64,000 nt of DNA. Source: Candidatus Krumholzibacteriia bacterium (GTDB taxonomy: Bacteria; Krumholzibacteriota; Krumholzibacteriia; LZORAL124-64-63). The notes beneath the pieces are model-generated. The model made no database searches, was not told the DNA's origin, and worked only from the letters and a program-made list of their open reading frames with translations. The position numbers and the translations under genes were made by a program. Position 1 is the first letter of the stretch, and each line of letters starts with the position of its first letter. The DNA is taken from assembly GCA_050174015.1 (NCBI GenBank), contig JBFXKG010000002.1, positions 64,001-128,000 of the forward strand, read 5' to 3'. Shown one piece after another: positions 43,141 to 52,033 of the stretch.

Positions 43141-43947
43141 TTAGCTCCCCATTGCATCCAGAAGCGTTTGAGCCCGGGCTCCGAAGACGGGGCTGGTGAC
43201 CAGGGGGACCAGCGCCTCCCTGGCGGCTTCGACGCGGTCGGTCAACAGGCAGGCCTGCGCCAGGTACCAGCGGGCCCGTTCGGCCAGGGGGGGCAGGGGA
43301 GAGTCCGAGGCCCGGGTCAAGGGGTCCAGGGCGGATCCCGCCCGGCCGTCCAGCAGCAGGCTGACGCCCAGGTAGATGCGGGTCTGGTCCAGCAGGCCGG
43401 CGGGCAGGGGACCGGCCTCGGCAGGCCACGCTTCCTGGACCTGCGCGGCGTGGGACAAGCGGTCGGCGGCCAGGCCATAGGCGCCGCCGATGTAGGAATC
43501 CATGCCCTCGTGGAACAGACGGACCGGCTCCTCGGCGCCCGCCCGCATCTCGATCCGGGCGTAGGGCAGGGGGTCGACCACCGCCAGATCGGCCAGGTCC
43601 GAACCTTGGCGCACGGCCGGGAGAACCACGACCAGGGCCGCGACGGCGACCAGGGCGGCTGGGACGAGGATCCTGGGCCATCGGCCGGTCAGCCAGCCGG
43701 AGAGACGCTCGCGCAGCCCGTCCCGGGTGGCGGCCATGGCCGGCTGCGCAGCGCGGGCGAAGCGGCCGGGATCCTCCTGCAGGGCCAGGGCGGCCGGGGC
43801 GTGGGCGTAGATCTCCTCCTGGCAATCGGGGCATCCGGCCAGGTGGTTCTCGAAGTCCCGGCGCTCGTCGGGATCCAGCAGGCCCAGTTCGTAGGCCGCC
43901 AGCAGGTCGCACGCGCATCCATCGCGTTCGGTCGTCCGGTCACTCAT
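43141..43947 (-). CDS. Membrane anti-sigma factor: zf-HC2 + TM + TPR-like domain
   Basis: LLAAYELGLL...FENHLAGCPDC (HxxxCxxC); TM ILVPAALVAVAALVVVLPAV; TPR-like ARWYLAQACLL. Confidence 0.85.
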   Translation of the reverse strand: MSDRTTERDGCACDLLAAYELGLLDPDERRDFENHLAGCPDCQEEIYAHAPAALALQEDPGRFARAAQPAMAATRDGLRERLSGWLTGRWPRILVPAALVAVAALVVVLPAVRQGSDLADLAVVDPLPYARIEMRAGAEEPVRLFHEGMDSYIGGAYGLAADRLSHAAQVQEAWPAEAGPLPAGLLDQTRIYLGVSLLLDGRAGSALDPLTRASDSPLPPLAERARWYLAQACLLTDRVEAAREALVPLVTSPVFGARAQTLLDAMGS

Positions 43948-44557
43948 GATTCGGCTCCCCGCCGTGCTGGTCCCAGATCGCCCGCAGGTTGGCCCGACAA
44001 CGGTGCAGGGCGGTGTAGAAGCCGCCCCGGGTCACGTCGGGATGTTCCTCGCGGAAGGCGGCCAGGGCCCGGCCGGACACCTGGTTGGGGGATCCTCCCC
44101 GCTCCAGGCTCTTCAGCAAGTGGTGGAAGATGCGACCGCAACGGGGGAAACGGCATGACAGTTCGGCGATGGCGTCCTCGAGGGCGGACCGCCCCTCCTC
44201 ATCCAGGGCTCCGGCCAGCGGGTCACTGGTGAATCCGGCGTCACGGGGGTATTCCTCGACGAACTCCATGCGGTCCCGCTCCCTTCGCCTGGTCTGGTAG
44301 TAGTTGCCGATCACGTTGCGAAGCACGGTCAGCGACCAGACCAGGATTCCCACTCCCTGTTTGCGCTCCCTGTAACGGTCGAATACGATCTTCAGGGCGT
44401 CCTGGACCACGTCCTCGATGTGATCCGGCTGGACCCTTCGTTTGGCCAGGGCCAGGAACCTTACGCGCAGGGAATCGAAGAGGGCGGATTCGGCCTCGGG
44501 GTCCCCTCTCTGGGACCGGGCGCAGAGTTCGTCGAGGGAAAGAGCGTCCGCGTTCAC
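43940..44557 (-). CDS. ECF-type RNA polymerase sigma factor
   Basis: GDPEAESALF...IEDVVQDAL...WSLTVLRNVIGNYY (region 2); FYTALHRCRANLR (region 4); overlaps the anti-sigma start; GTG start after GGAAGG. Confidence 0.85.
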   Translation of the reverse strand: MNADALSLDELCARSQRGDPEAESALFDSLRVRFLALAKRRVQPDHIEDVVQDALKIVFDRYRERKQGVGILVWSLTVLRNVIGNYYQTRRRERDRMEFVEEYPRDAGFTSDPLAGALDEEGRSALEDAIAELSCRFPRCGRIFHHLLKSLERGGSPNQVSGRALAAFREEHPDVTRGGFYTALHRCRANLRAIWDQHGGEPNHE

Positions 44558-44597
44558 GGGGACCTTCCAGGCTGCAGGATTCGGAGGATGAGGGATC

Positions 44598-47591
44598 ATG
44601 TTCCAGATGGTGAAACTTGGCAAGGTCCTTTTGGTCCAGGCCCTTCTGGTCCTGGGACTGGCCGCGGGCCTGACAGCCGCCGACCCCGCCCTGCAGGATC
44701 CCGAACTGGCCTGGCGCCTGCTGATCGCGCAGGATCCGGCCGGAGCCGTCGCCGCGGCCTCGGCCGCGGGCGGAGTCCTGGGGGACTGGATCGGCCTCGA
44801 GGCTGCGGGGCAGGACCCCTCCCTGACCTTCGCCGCCGGGGACGACCGGGTGGCCGCGGCGGCCGCCGCCTTCGGAGAGGCGGACTTCGCGGAAGCCGCC
44901 TCGGTCCTGGAGGGGCTGATCGCCGTCCCGAACCTCTGGGCTCCGGCGGACCTCCTGCACCTGCGCCTGCGGCTCGGCCAGACCCTGATCGAAGTGGGCC
45001 GGCTGGCGGAGGCCGACTCCCTTTTGGGGACGGCCGCGGAAGATGCGGCCGGGCTGGGCCTGCCTCTCTCCCGGTGCTACGGACTCTACCAGCGGGGCAG
45101 GGTCGAGCTGCGGCTGAGAGAGATCGAGACGGCCCGCGGCAACCTCGACACGGCCCTGGGCCTGGCCCTGCAGGAAGACCTTCCCCGCTGGGCGGGGGAC
45201 GCCTGCATCGCCCTGTCCATCATCGACCGGCTGACCATGGACCTCGAGGGAGCTCTCGCCTGGCGCGAGAAGGCTCTGGCGCACTTCCGGGCTGCGGACT
45301 ATCCGGCCGGCCAGGCGCGGGCGCAGCAGTACATCGGGGTGATCCACATCATGCAGGGCGACCTGACCCGGGCCTTGACCTGCTTCCAGGACGGCCTGCG
45401 GGCGGCCGAGGCCTCCGGAGACGAGGCCATCCGCGGTGCGGTGCTGGGGGAGATGGCCGGCGCCAACTACCTGCTCGGGGACTTCCAGGCCGCGCTGTTG
45501 CAGTACCGTGAGGCCATCCGGCTGGTGGACAGCCCCCGGCAGCGGGCGTTCTACCTGACCAACATCGGTTCCATCCACGAATTCCAGGGGAACTTCGACC
45601 AGGCCAGGGAGGTCCTCGAGGAGGCCCTCGAACCCCTGCGCGAGTCGGGCGACCGGAGGAGCGAGGCGGAGGCGATGGTCTCCCTGGGCGAGACCCTGTG
45701 CGAGTCGGGGCGATTCTCCGAGGGGATCGGCTATCTGGATCGGGCCCTGGTCCTGGCCCGGGAATACGAGGCCCCCTACACCGAGGCCTGGGCGCTGAAG
45801 TGCAAGGGGCACGGGCTGCTGGACCAGGGGGACCTGGCCGGGGCGGCGGGGGCCCTGGCCGAGGCCACGGCGGTGGCCCGCGGGGTGGACTACTTCGAGA
45901 TCCTCGAATGGTCCTTGCTGGGCCAGGCCATGGTGGCGCGCCGGTCGGGCGATCTGGAAAAGGCCCTGACGCACCTGCAGGAAGCGCTGGAGGAAGTGGG
46001 GGAGATCCGGCGACGCAGCGGCGGGGCTTCGGCGGTGGCCGGCGGGGTCACCAGCCAGACCTACGGCATCTACGCCGAGACCATCGACGTGATGTACGAG
46101 CTGCACCGCAGGAATCCGGAACGGGGCCTGGACGCGGCCGCCTTCGCAGTGGCGCAGGACGCCAAGGCCCGCGTCTTTTTGAACCTGCTGGCCGAGGCCG
46201 AGTTCGACCTGAACGTCAGCGCCGTGCCCGGCTACCGGCAGCAGGAACAGGAGATCCTCGCCAGGATCATCGGGCTCGAGCGGGAGATCGCCGCAGCCAG
46301 GGCCGCGGCCGCTCCTGCCGACACCCTGGGCAGCCTGCAGGCCCGCCTGGCGGCGGCCGAGGGTGAACTCGACCTGCTCGAGGCCCGCCTGCGCCGCGAG
46401 GATCCCCGCTACGCTTCGGTGCTCCATCCCGAACCCCTGACCCTCGCCGGCCTCGCGGGCACCGTCCTGCGTCCGGGCGAGCTGTTCCTGGACTACGCCC
46501 TCGGCGACAGCGCCAGCTACCTGTGGGCGGTCTCGCCCACCGGTTCCCGCTTCGTGCGGCTGCCGGCGCGGGACGAGGTGGCACGCCAAGCCGAGGCGCT
46601 CCTGCCCCTGCTGGCCGATTACAACCTCACCGGGGGCGATCCTGCCTGGTTCGCCCCGCAGGCCCGGGCCCTGGCCGTCACCTTGCTGGGGCCGGTGCAG
46701 GATCTGGTCGACCGGGCCGAGCGCCTGGTGATCTCCCCGGACGGGGCGCTGCACTACCTGCCCTTCGAGGTCCTCCTGACGGACGATCGCGGGGGGACCT
46801 CCTGCCGGGACCTGTCCTTCCTGATCCGGTCCAAGGTGGTTTCGGTCACCCCCTCGGCCAGCGTCCTGGCCCGGGTGCGTTCCCGGAAGCCGGCCCCGGC
46901 CCAGGGATCCTGGCTGCTGGTGGGCGACCCGGTCCTGGTGAAGGGGAGCGAGGCGGACATGTTCGCCCATGCGGCGGGTGCGGCCGATCTGCCGCCCCTG
47001 CCCTTCGCCTCGGCGGAGATGAAGGCCATCGCCGGGCTGGCGCCGGGAGGGGGGGCGATCGTCCTGCAGCGGACCGACGCCACGGTGCGGAACCTGCGGG
47101 CGGCCGGCGGCCATGAAGCCTTCGCCCAGGTGCACTTCGCCACCCACGGGTTGCTCAACGAAAGCCGGCCGCGCTACTCGGGGCTGGTCCTCAGCCCCGA
47201 CCCCGAGGACGGGTCCACGGGCTTCCTCAGCGTCCCGGACGTCTTCGGGCTGGGTCTGGATTGCGACCAGGTCGTGCTGGCCGCCTGCGCCACGGGACTG
47301 GGCCGTCACGTCGGCGGCGAGGGGCTGGTCGGTCTGACCCGCAGCTTCATGTTCGCCGGGGCGCGCAGCGTGGTCGCCAGCCTGTGGCACGTCTCGGGCG
47401 AGGCGACGGCCCTGGTGATGGAGGACTATTATCGCCGGCTGGCCGGGGGGGAGACGGACCGGGCTCTGGCCCTCGCCCTCGTCAAGCGGGCCATGATCGA
47501 GGGCGGGGCCGGGAGGCTGACCGGGGACCTGGACACCGCCCATCCCGCCTTCTGGGCGGCCTTCGTCCTCAGCGGCGAGGGCGGCGGATAA
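44598..47591 (+). CDS. Exported TPR + CHAT-domain (caspase-like) protease
   Basis: Hydrophobic N-terminal leader; TPR array; LVISPDGALHYLPFE, VHFATHG (His 47145-47147), VVLAACATG (Cys 47286-47288), GEGLVGL, VVASLWHV, HPAFWAAF. Confidence 0.9.
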   Translation: MFQMVKLGKVLLVQALLVLGLAAGLTAADPALQDPELAWRLLIAQDPAGAVAAASAAGGVLGDWIGLEAAGQDPSLTFAAGDDRVAAAAAAFGEADFAEAASVLEGLIAVPNLWAPADLLHLRLRLGQTLIEVGRLAEADSLLGTAAEDAAGLGLPLSRCYGLYQRGRVELRLREIETARGNLDTALGLALQEDLPRWAGDACIALSIIDRLTMDLEGALAWREKALAHFRAADYPAGQARAQQYIGVIHIMQGDLTRALTCFQDGLRAAEASGDEAIRGAVLGEMAGANYLLGDFQAALLQYREAIRLVDSPRQRAFYLTNIGSIHEFQGNFDQAREVLEEALEPLRESGDRRSEAEAMVSLGETLCESGRFSEGIGYLDRALVLAREYEAPYTEAWALKCKGHGLLDQGDLAGAAGALAEATAVARGVDYFEILEWSLLGQAMVARRSGDLEKALTHLQEALEEVGEIRRRSGGASAVAGGVTSQTYGIYAETIDVMYELHRRNPERGLDAAAFAVAQDAKARVFLNLLAEAEFDLNVSAVPGYRQQEQEILARIIGLEREIAAARAAAAPADTLGSLQARLAAAEGELDLLEARLRREDPRYASVLHPEPLTLAGLAGTVLRPGELFLDYALGDSASYLWAVSPTGSRFVRLPARDEVARQAEALLPLLADYNLTGGDPAWFAPQARALAVTLLGPVQDLVDRAERLVISPDGALHYLPFEVLLTDDRGGTSCRDLSFLIRSKVVSVTPSASVLARVRSRKPAPAQGSWLLVGDPVLVKGSEADMFAHAAGAADLPPLPFASAEMKAIAGLAPGGGAIVLQRTDATVRNLRAAGGHEAFAQVHFATHGLLNESRPRYSGLVLSPDPEDGSTGFLSVPDVFGLGLDCDQVVLAACATGLGRHVGGEGLVGLTRSFMFAGARSVVASLWHVSGEATALVMEDYYRRLAGGETDRALALALVKRAMIEGGAGRLTGDLDTAHPAFWAAFVLSGEGGG

Positions 47592-47670
47592 TTTGGTGGT
47601 GGGCGAGGATGTTGGCTACATTGGCGACTGAACCGGCATGGACCAAGCCTCCAACGGATCTGGTGGAAAC

Positions 47671-49260
47671 ATGAACCCTGCGCCCATCGAACTGTTCGAT
47701 ACCCTCAGCGGCGCCCGGCGCCCCCTGGAGACTCTCGAGCCCGGCAAGGTCGGCATCTACTGCTGCGGCCCGACGGTCTACGACCTGACGCACGTGGGCA
47801 ACGCCCGGGCGGCCATCGTGCCCGACGTCATCGTGCGTTTCCTGCGGCAACAGGGCTACGAGGTCAAGTACGTCCGCAACATCACCGACATCGACGACAA
47901 GATCATCAGGCGAAGCCTGGAGGAAGGCAGGCCCGCGGTCGAGGTGGCGGCCAGGTACGCTGCGGAGTATCACCGGGACATGGCGGACCTGAACGTGACC
48001 CCTCCGGATGTCGAGCCCTGCGTCCAGGATCACATCCCCCAGATCATCGAGCTGGTGCGGTCCCTGGTGGACAAGGGCCTGGCCTACGCCGTGGACGGCG
48101 ACGTCTACTACCGCGTCCGGGCCTTTCCCGGCTACGGCAAGCTGAGCAAGCGCCGCATCGAGGAGATGGTCGAAGGGGCCGGCTCGCGCATCGAGGTGGA
48201 CGAGCGCAAGGAGTCCCCCCTGGACTTCGCCCTGTGGAAGGGAGCCAAGTCCGGCGAACCCGCCTGGGACAGCCCCTGGGGATCCGGCCGGCCCGGCTGG
48301 CACATCGAGTGCTCGGCCATGAGCTCCACCCACCTCGGAGACAGCTTCGACATCCACACCGGCGGGCGAGACCTGGTCTTCCCGCACCACGAGAACGAGA
48401 TCGCCCAGAGCCAGGGGGCCCACGGGGAGGACACCTTCGCCCGTTTCTGGATGCACAACGGCTTCATCAACTTCGCCGGCGAGAAGATGTCCAAGAGCCT
48501 GGGCAACTTCTTCACCACCCGCGAGATCACGGCCCTGTATCCGCCCGAGACCCTGCGCTACTTCCTGCTGACGGTCCACTACCGCAGCGGGCTGAACTTC
48601 GAGATCGAGGTGAAGTGCCCGGGCTGCGGAGCGGAGCTGGGTCCCGACGAGCAGGAGACCGGCCTGTGCCGGACCTGCGGCCACCGCACCGGCACGGAGG
48701 ACCTGCGCCGCCGCGTCCGCTTCCCCGGTCTGGAGGAGGCCGACGACCGGCTGGCCTACGTCTACGGCACCCTGCTGAAGGCGCGCGCCTTCCTGGCGGC
48801 GGGCACTCGTCCGTCCGGGGAGGAACCCCTGGGCGAGGCCACCGCGGGCATGCTCGCGGCCTTCGTCGAGCACATGCGCGGCGACTTCAACACCGGCGGG
48901 GCCCTCGGCGCCCTCAGCAAACCCCTGGGCGAGGTCAACGGGCTGCTGGATTCGGGCAAGGGCCTCGGCAAGGCCACGCGGTACCTGACTCTCGAGCGCT
49001 TCGTCCAGGACATGGAGCAGGTGGCCGCCATCCTGGGCTGCTTCGGGCAGGATCCCGCAACCTGGCTGCAGCAGCGCCGCGACCTGAAGGCCGCCCGCCT
49101 GGGTCTGGACATCGAGAGGGTCGAGCGGTTGCTGGCCGAGCGCACGGCTGCGCGGCAGGGGAAGGACTGGGCGGCGGCCGACCGCATCCGGGACGAGCTG
49201 GCGGACCTGGGCGTGGGAGTCCAGGACGGGCCCGAGGGGTCCGTCTGGTCGTTCCTCTAG
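47671..49260 (+). CDS. cysS: Cysteine--tRNA ligase
   Basis: CGPTVY, HVGN (HIGH motif), DFALWK, GRPGWHIECSAM, FPHHENE, KMSKS. Confidence 0.97.
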   Translation: MNPAPIELFDTLSGARRPLETLEPGKVGIYCCGPTVYDLTHVGNARAAIVPDVIVRFLRQQGYEVKYVRNITDIDDKIIRRSLEEGRPAVEVAARYAAEYHRDMADLNVTPPDVEPCVQDHIPQIIELVRSLVDKGLAYAVDGDVYYRVRAFPGYGKLSKRRIEEMVEGAGSRIEVDERKESPLDFALWKGAKSGEPAWDSPWGSGRPGWHIECSAMSSTHLGDSFDIHTGGRDLVFPHHENEIAQSQGAHGEDTFARFWMHNGFINFAGEKMSKSLGNFFTTREITALYPPETLRYFLLTVHYRSGLNFEIEVKCPGCGAELGPDEQETGLCRTCGHRTGTEDLRRRVRFPGLEEADDRLAYVYGTLLKARAFLAAGTRPSGEEPLGEATAGMLAAFVEHMRGDFNTGGALGALSKPLGEVNGLLDSGKGLGKATRYLTLERFVQDMEQVAAILGCFGQDPATWLQQRRDLKAARLGLDIERVERLLAERTAARQGKDWAAADRIRDELADLGVGVQDGPEGSVWSFL

Positions 49261-49513
49261 CCCCGGGTTCCCGGCCGCCCGGGAACTTTCGGTAAGACTC
49301 CGCCCCTTCGCCAAACGACTCCCCATCATGGGGATGGAGGCCGCGGGCGCCTGCGGGGGGCGCCCGCGGAGGACACCGATCGGGAAAATGGGTGACAGCG
49401 GCTAAAGGAATGTTTAACGTGAGGTAAGGAGGCGGCGGTTCATTTTAGGGTCCGTCCAGTCTTGCATCCAAAGATCGGTCGCCGGGGGAAGGACCGACCA
49501 ACCGTCGGATGAT

Positions 49514-50752
49514 ATGGATTCGAACGTCAACAAGTCCCTGAGCGGCAGGGAACTGGACGGCTGCGACTCCCCGGCCCAGCAGTTCCAGCGGCTCAAGATG
49601 GAAAGCCTCGAGCTGATGGCCAGCGGCCTGGCCCACGACTTCAACAACCTCCTGCTGGCCATCATGGGGAACGCCGACCTGCTCGCACAGGATCTCACCC
49701 CGAACAACCCTGCGCTCGCCCTCGTCGACGAGATCCGGACCTCCGCGGGCCGCGCCGCCGAGATCTGCAACAAGCTGCTGGCCTTCGCCGGCAAGGGCAG
49801 GCTGCACTTCCAGTTCGTGGATCTGGCCGAGGTCACCCGCAGCATGGTCCAGATGGTCAAGGTGGCGGTGTCCCGCCAGATCACCCTGCGCCTGGATCTG
49901 GACGACAGCCTGCCGCTGATCCAGGCGGACCTGACCCAGATCCACCAGGTCATCATGAACCTGGTGGTGAACGCCTCGGAGGCGATCGCCCAGAGGGAAG
50001 GGGTGATCACCCTGGCGAGCGGCCGCATGGACTGCCCGCCCGGGGACTTCGGCTTCTGCGCCCTGCTGCCGGGGCAGCCCGATGGGGAGTTCGTGTTCCT
50101 GGAAGTCACCGACAGCGGCCCGGGGATTCCCCCGGACGCCCTGGGCAGGATCTTCGATCCCTTCTACTCGACCAAGCTCCAGGGGCGGGGACTGGGGCTG
50201 GCCTCGGTGCTCGGGGCGGTCCGCAGCCATAACGGCGGGCTGTGCGTCCGGTCGGACCCCGGCAAGGGCGCGACCTTCCGGGTCTGCCTCCCGTTGAATC
50301 GCCAGATGAACGGGAAGCAGGCCAAGCCGGCCCAGCCCCAGGTGCGGGTGAAGGGCGGGACCATCCTGGTCGTGGAGGATGAGGCGACCCTCCGCAACCT
50401 CTGTTCCCGGATGCTGAGCCGGCTGGGTTACGAACCCGTGGTGGCCGGGGATGGGCCGCAGGGTATCGAACTGTTCACCCGGAGGCACCAGGAGATCTCC
50501 TGCGTGATCCTGGATCTGATCATGCCGGGGATGAACGGGCTGGAGGTGCTGGATCGGATCCAGACCCTGAAGCCGGGCACCAGGGTCATCATGACCAGCG
50601 GTTACCATGAGCAGGAGATCGCCCGGAGATTCGCCGACCGGGGCCTTGCCGGCTTCATCCAGAAACCCTACGTGATGGCGGATCTGGCGCGGGTCCTGTC
50701 CGAGGTGGTCGGGGAGGTCACCCCAGCGGAGGAACCGGATCCGGAATCCTGA
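49514..50752 (+). CDS. Hybrid histidine kinase-receiver without a sensor domain
   Basis: AHDFNNLL, NLVVNASEA, DSGPGI, GRGLGL; receiver VVEDE...LDLIMP...IQKPY; in-frame TAA upstream at 49415. Confidence 0.88.
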   Translation: MDSNVNKSLSGRELDGCDSPAQQFQRLKMESLELMASGLAHDFNNLLLAIMGNADLLAQDLTPNNPALALVDEIRTSAGRAAEICNKLLAFAGKGRLHFQFVDLAEVTRSMVQMVKVAVSRQITLRLDLDDSLPLIQADLTQIHQVIMNLVVNASEAIAQREGVITLASGRMDCPPGDFGFCALLPGQPDGEFVFLEVTDSGPGIPPDALGRIFDPFYSTKLQGRGLGLASVLGAVRSHNGGLCVRSDPGKGATFRVCLPLNRQMNGKQAKPAQPQVRVKGGTILVVEDEATLRNLCSRMLSRLGYEPVVAGDGPQGIELFTRRHQEISCVILDLIMPGMNGLEVLDRIQTLKPGTRVIMTSGYHEQEIARRFADRGLAGFIQKPYVMADLARVLSEVVGEVTPAEEPDPES

Positions 50753-52025
50753 CCCTGCCCAGCGCCGCCTCCGGATCCTTCAGCCCGTGGCCGGTCACCA
50801 TCACCGCCACCTTGTCCGAGGCGGAGATCAGGCCCTTCTCCCTGGCGGCCACCACTCCCGCCAGGCCGGCCGCACCGGAGGGCTCGGCGAAGATTCCCGC
50901 TTTTTCCGCCAGCAGACCGATGGCCTCCAGGATGGCCTCGTCGGCAACGGCCAGGAACCCGCCGCCGCTGAGGGCGACGTTTCGCCAGGCCTTCAGCCGG
51001 TTGCGGGGGATGCCGACGCTGATGGAATCGGCCACCGTCCGCGGGGCCAGACGGGGGACCGCGGCCAGGACCTGCCGGGATGCGAATTCCGCCGCTCCGG
51101 GACCCGCCTTGCGCCAGCCTTCGGCCAGGGGGGCGGCGCCCGCAGCCTGGACCCCGTAGATGCGGGGCATCCTGCCGATGAGCCCCAGCGCCTTCAGTTC
51201 CCCGAAGGCCTTCCCCACCGAGGACACGATGCAGCCGTCGCCCACCGGGACGAACACCGCATCCGGCAGGCGATCGTCCCCGCCCTGGAAGTCGTCCGTC
51301 AGGGCGGCGGCGAGTTCCAGGGCCGCGGTCTTCTTGCCCTCGACCAGCAGGGGGTTGTGGGCGCAGTTCCGGCTGTACCAGCTGTTCCGTTCGATCTCCC
51401 GAATGGACAGGTCGAAAGCCTGGTCGTAGGTGCCGTCCACGGGGATGACCCTGGCGCCGTGCAGGAGCAGCTGGGCCAGCTTGGCCCGGGGGGCTGTCCT
51501 GGGGACGAAGATGGTGGCGGCGAGTCCGGCCCGGGCGGCCAGGACGGCCAGGCTGGCCGCGGCGTTGCCGGTGGAGGCGCAGGCCAGGTGGTCGATCCCC
51601 AGGCCCACGGCATGGGCGATGGCCAGGGCCGCCGCGCGGTCCTTGAGACTGGCGGACGGCAGACCGGTGTCGTCCTTGATGACCAGGCCGCCGAGGCCCA
51701 GGTGGGCCGCCAGCCGGCCGGCCTCGAAGGCCGGGGTGCCGCCGAGGGTCCAGCACGGGTGGGCCGCTTCGGGAGCGACCGGCAGCAGGGGTGCGAACCG
51801 CCACATCCCGCCAGCCGGATGGGCGCCGAAGGGATTGCCCGCCGGCAGATCGCGCCGGACGGCGTCCAGGTCCAGACGGACGTCCAGGATCCCGTCCACC
51901 CCGCAGTCCCCGCAGACGAACACCCGGTCCCCGGGGCCGTACTCGCGCCCGCAGAGCAGGCAGGTGGTCCCCTGCCAGCGGGGGTTGGTCCGGACCCGGG
52001 GCAGGTGTTCGTGCGGCAGGTTCAC
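50718..52025 (-). CDS. Threonine-synthase-like PLP-dependent enzyme (fold type II)
   Basis: N-terminal CxxC...CxxC; PSASLKDR (PLP Lys), CASTGNAA, EGKKT, VPVGDG, AEPSGA, TGHGLKD; GTG 52025 follows the ygeW-like stop. Confidence 0.85.
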   Translation of the reverse strand: MNLPHEHLPRVRTNPRWQGTTCLLCGREYGPGDRVFVCGDCGVDGILDVRLDLDAVRRDLPAGNPFGAHPAGGMWRFAPLLPVAPEAAHPCWTLGGTPAFEAGRLAAHLGLGGLVIKDDTGLPSASLKDRAAALAIAHAVGLGIDHLACASTGNAAASLAVLAARAGLAATIFVPRTAPRAKLAQLLLHGARVIPVDGTYDQAFDLSIREIERNSWYSRNCAHNPLLVEGKKTAALELAAALTDDFQGGDDRLPDAVFVPVGDGCIVSSVGKAFGELKALGLIGRMPRIYGVQAAGAAPLAEGWRKAGPGAAEFASRQVLAAVPRLAPRTVADSISVGIPRNRLKAWRNVALSGGGFLAVADEAILEAIGLLAEKAGIFAEPSGAAGLAGVVAAREKGLISASDKVAVMVTGHGLKDPEAALGRVRIPDPVPPLG

Positions 52026-52033
52026 GGCGTCTC

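Noticed and set aside
44598..47591. TPR-CHAT as Csx29 of a type III-E CRISPR system
   Set aside because: No cas7-11, csx30/csx31 or array nearby, and the protein has a signal-peptide-like leader.
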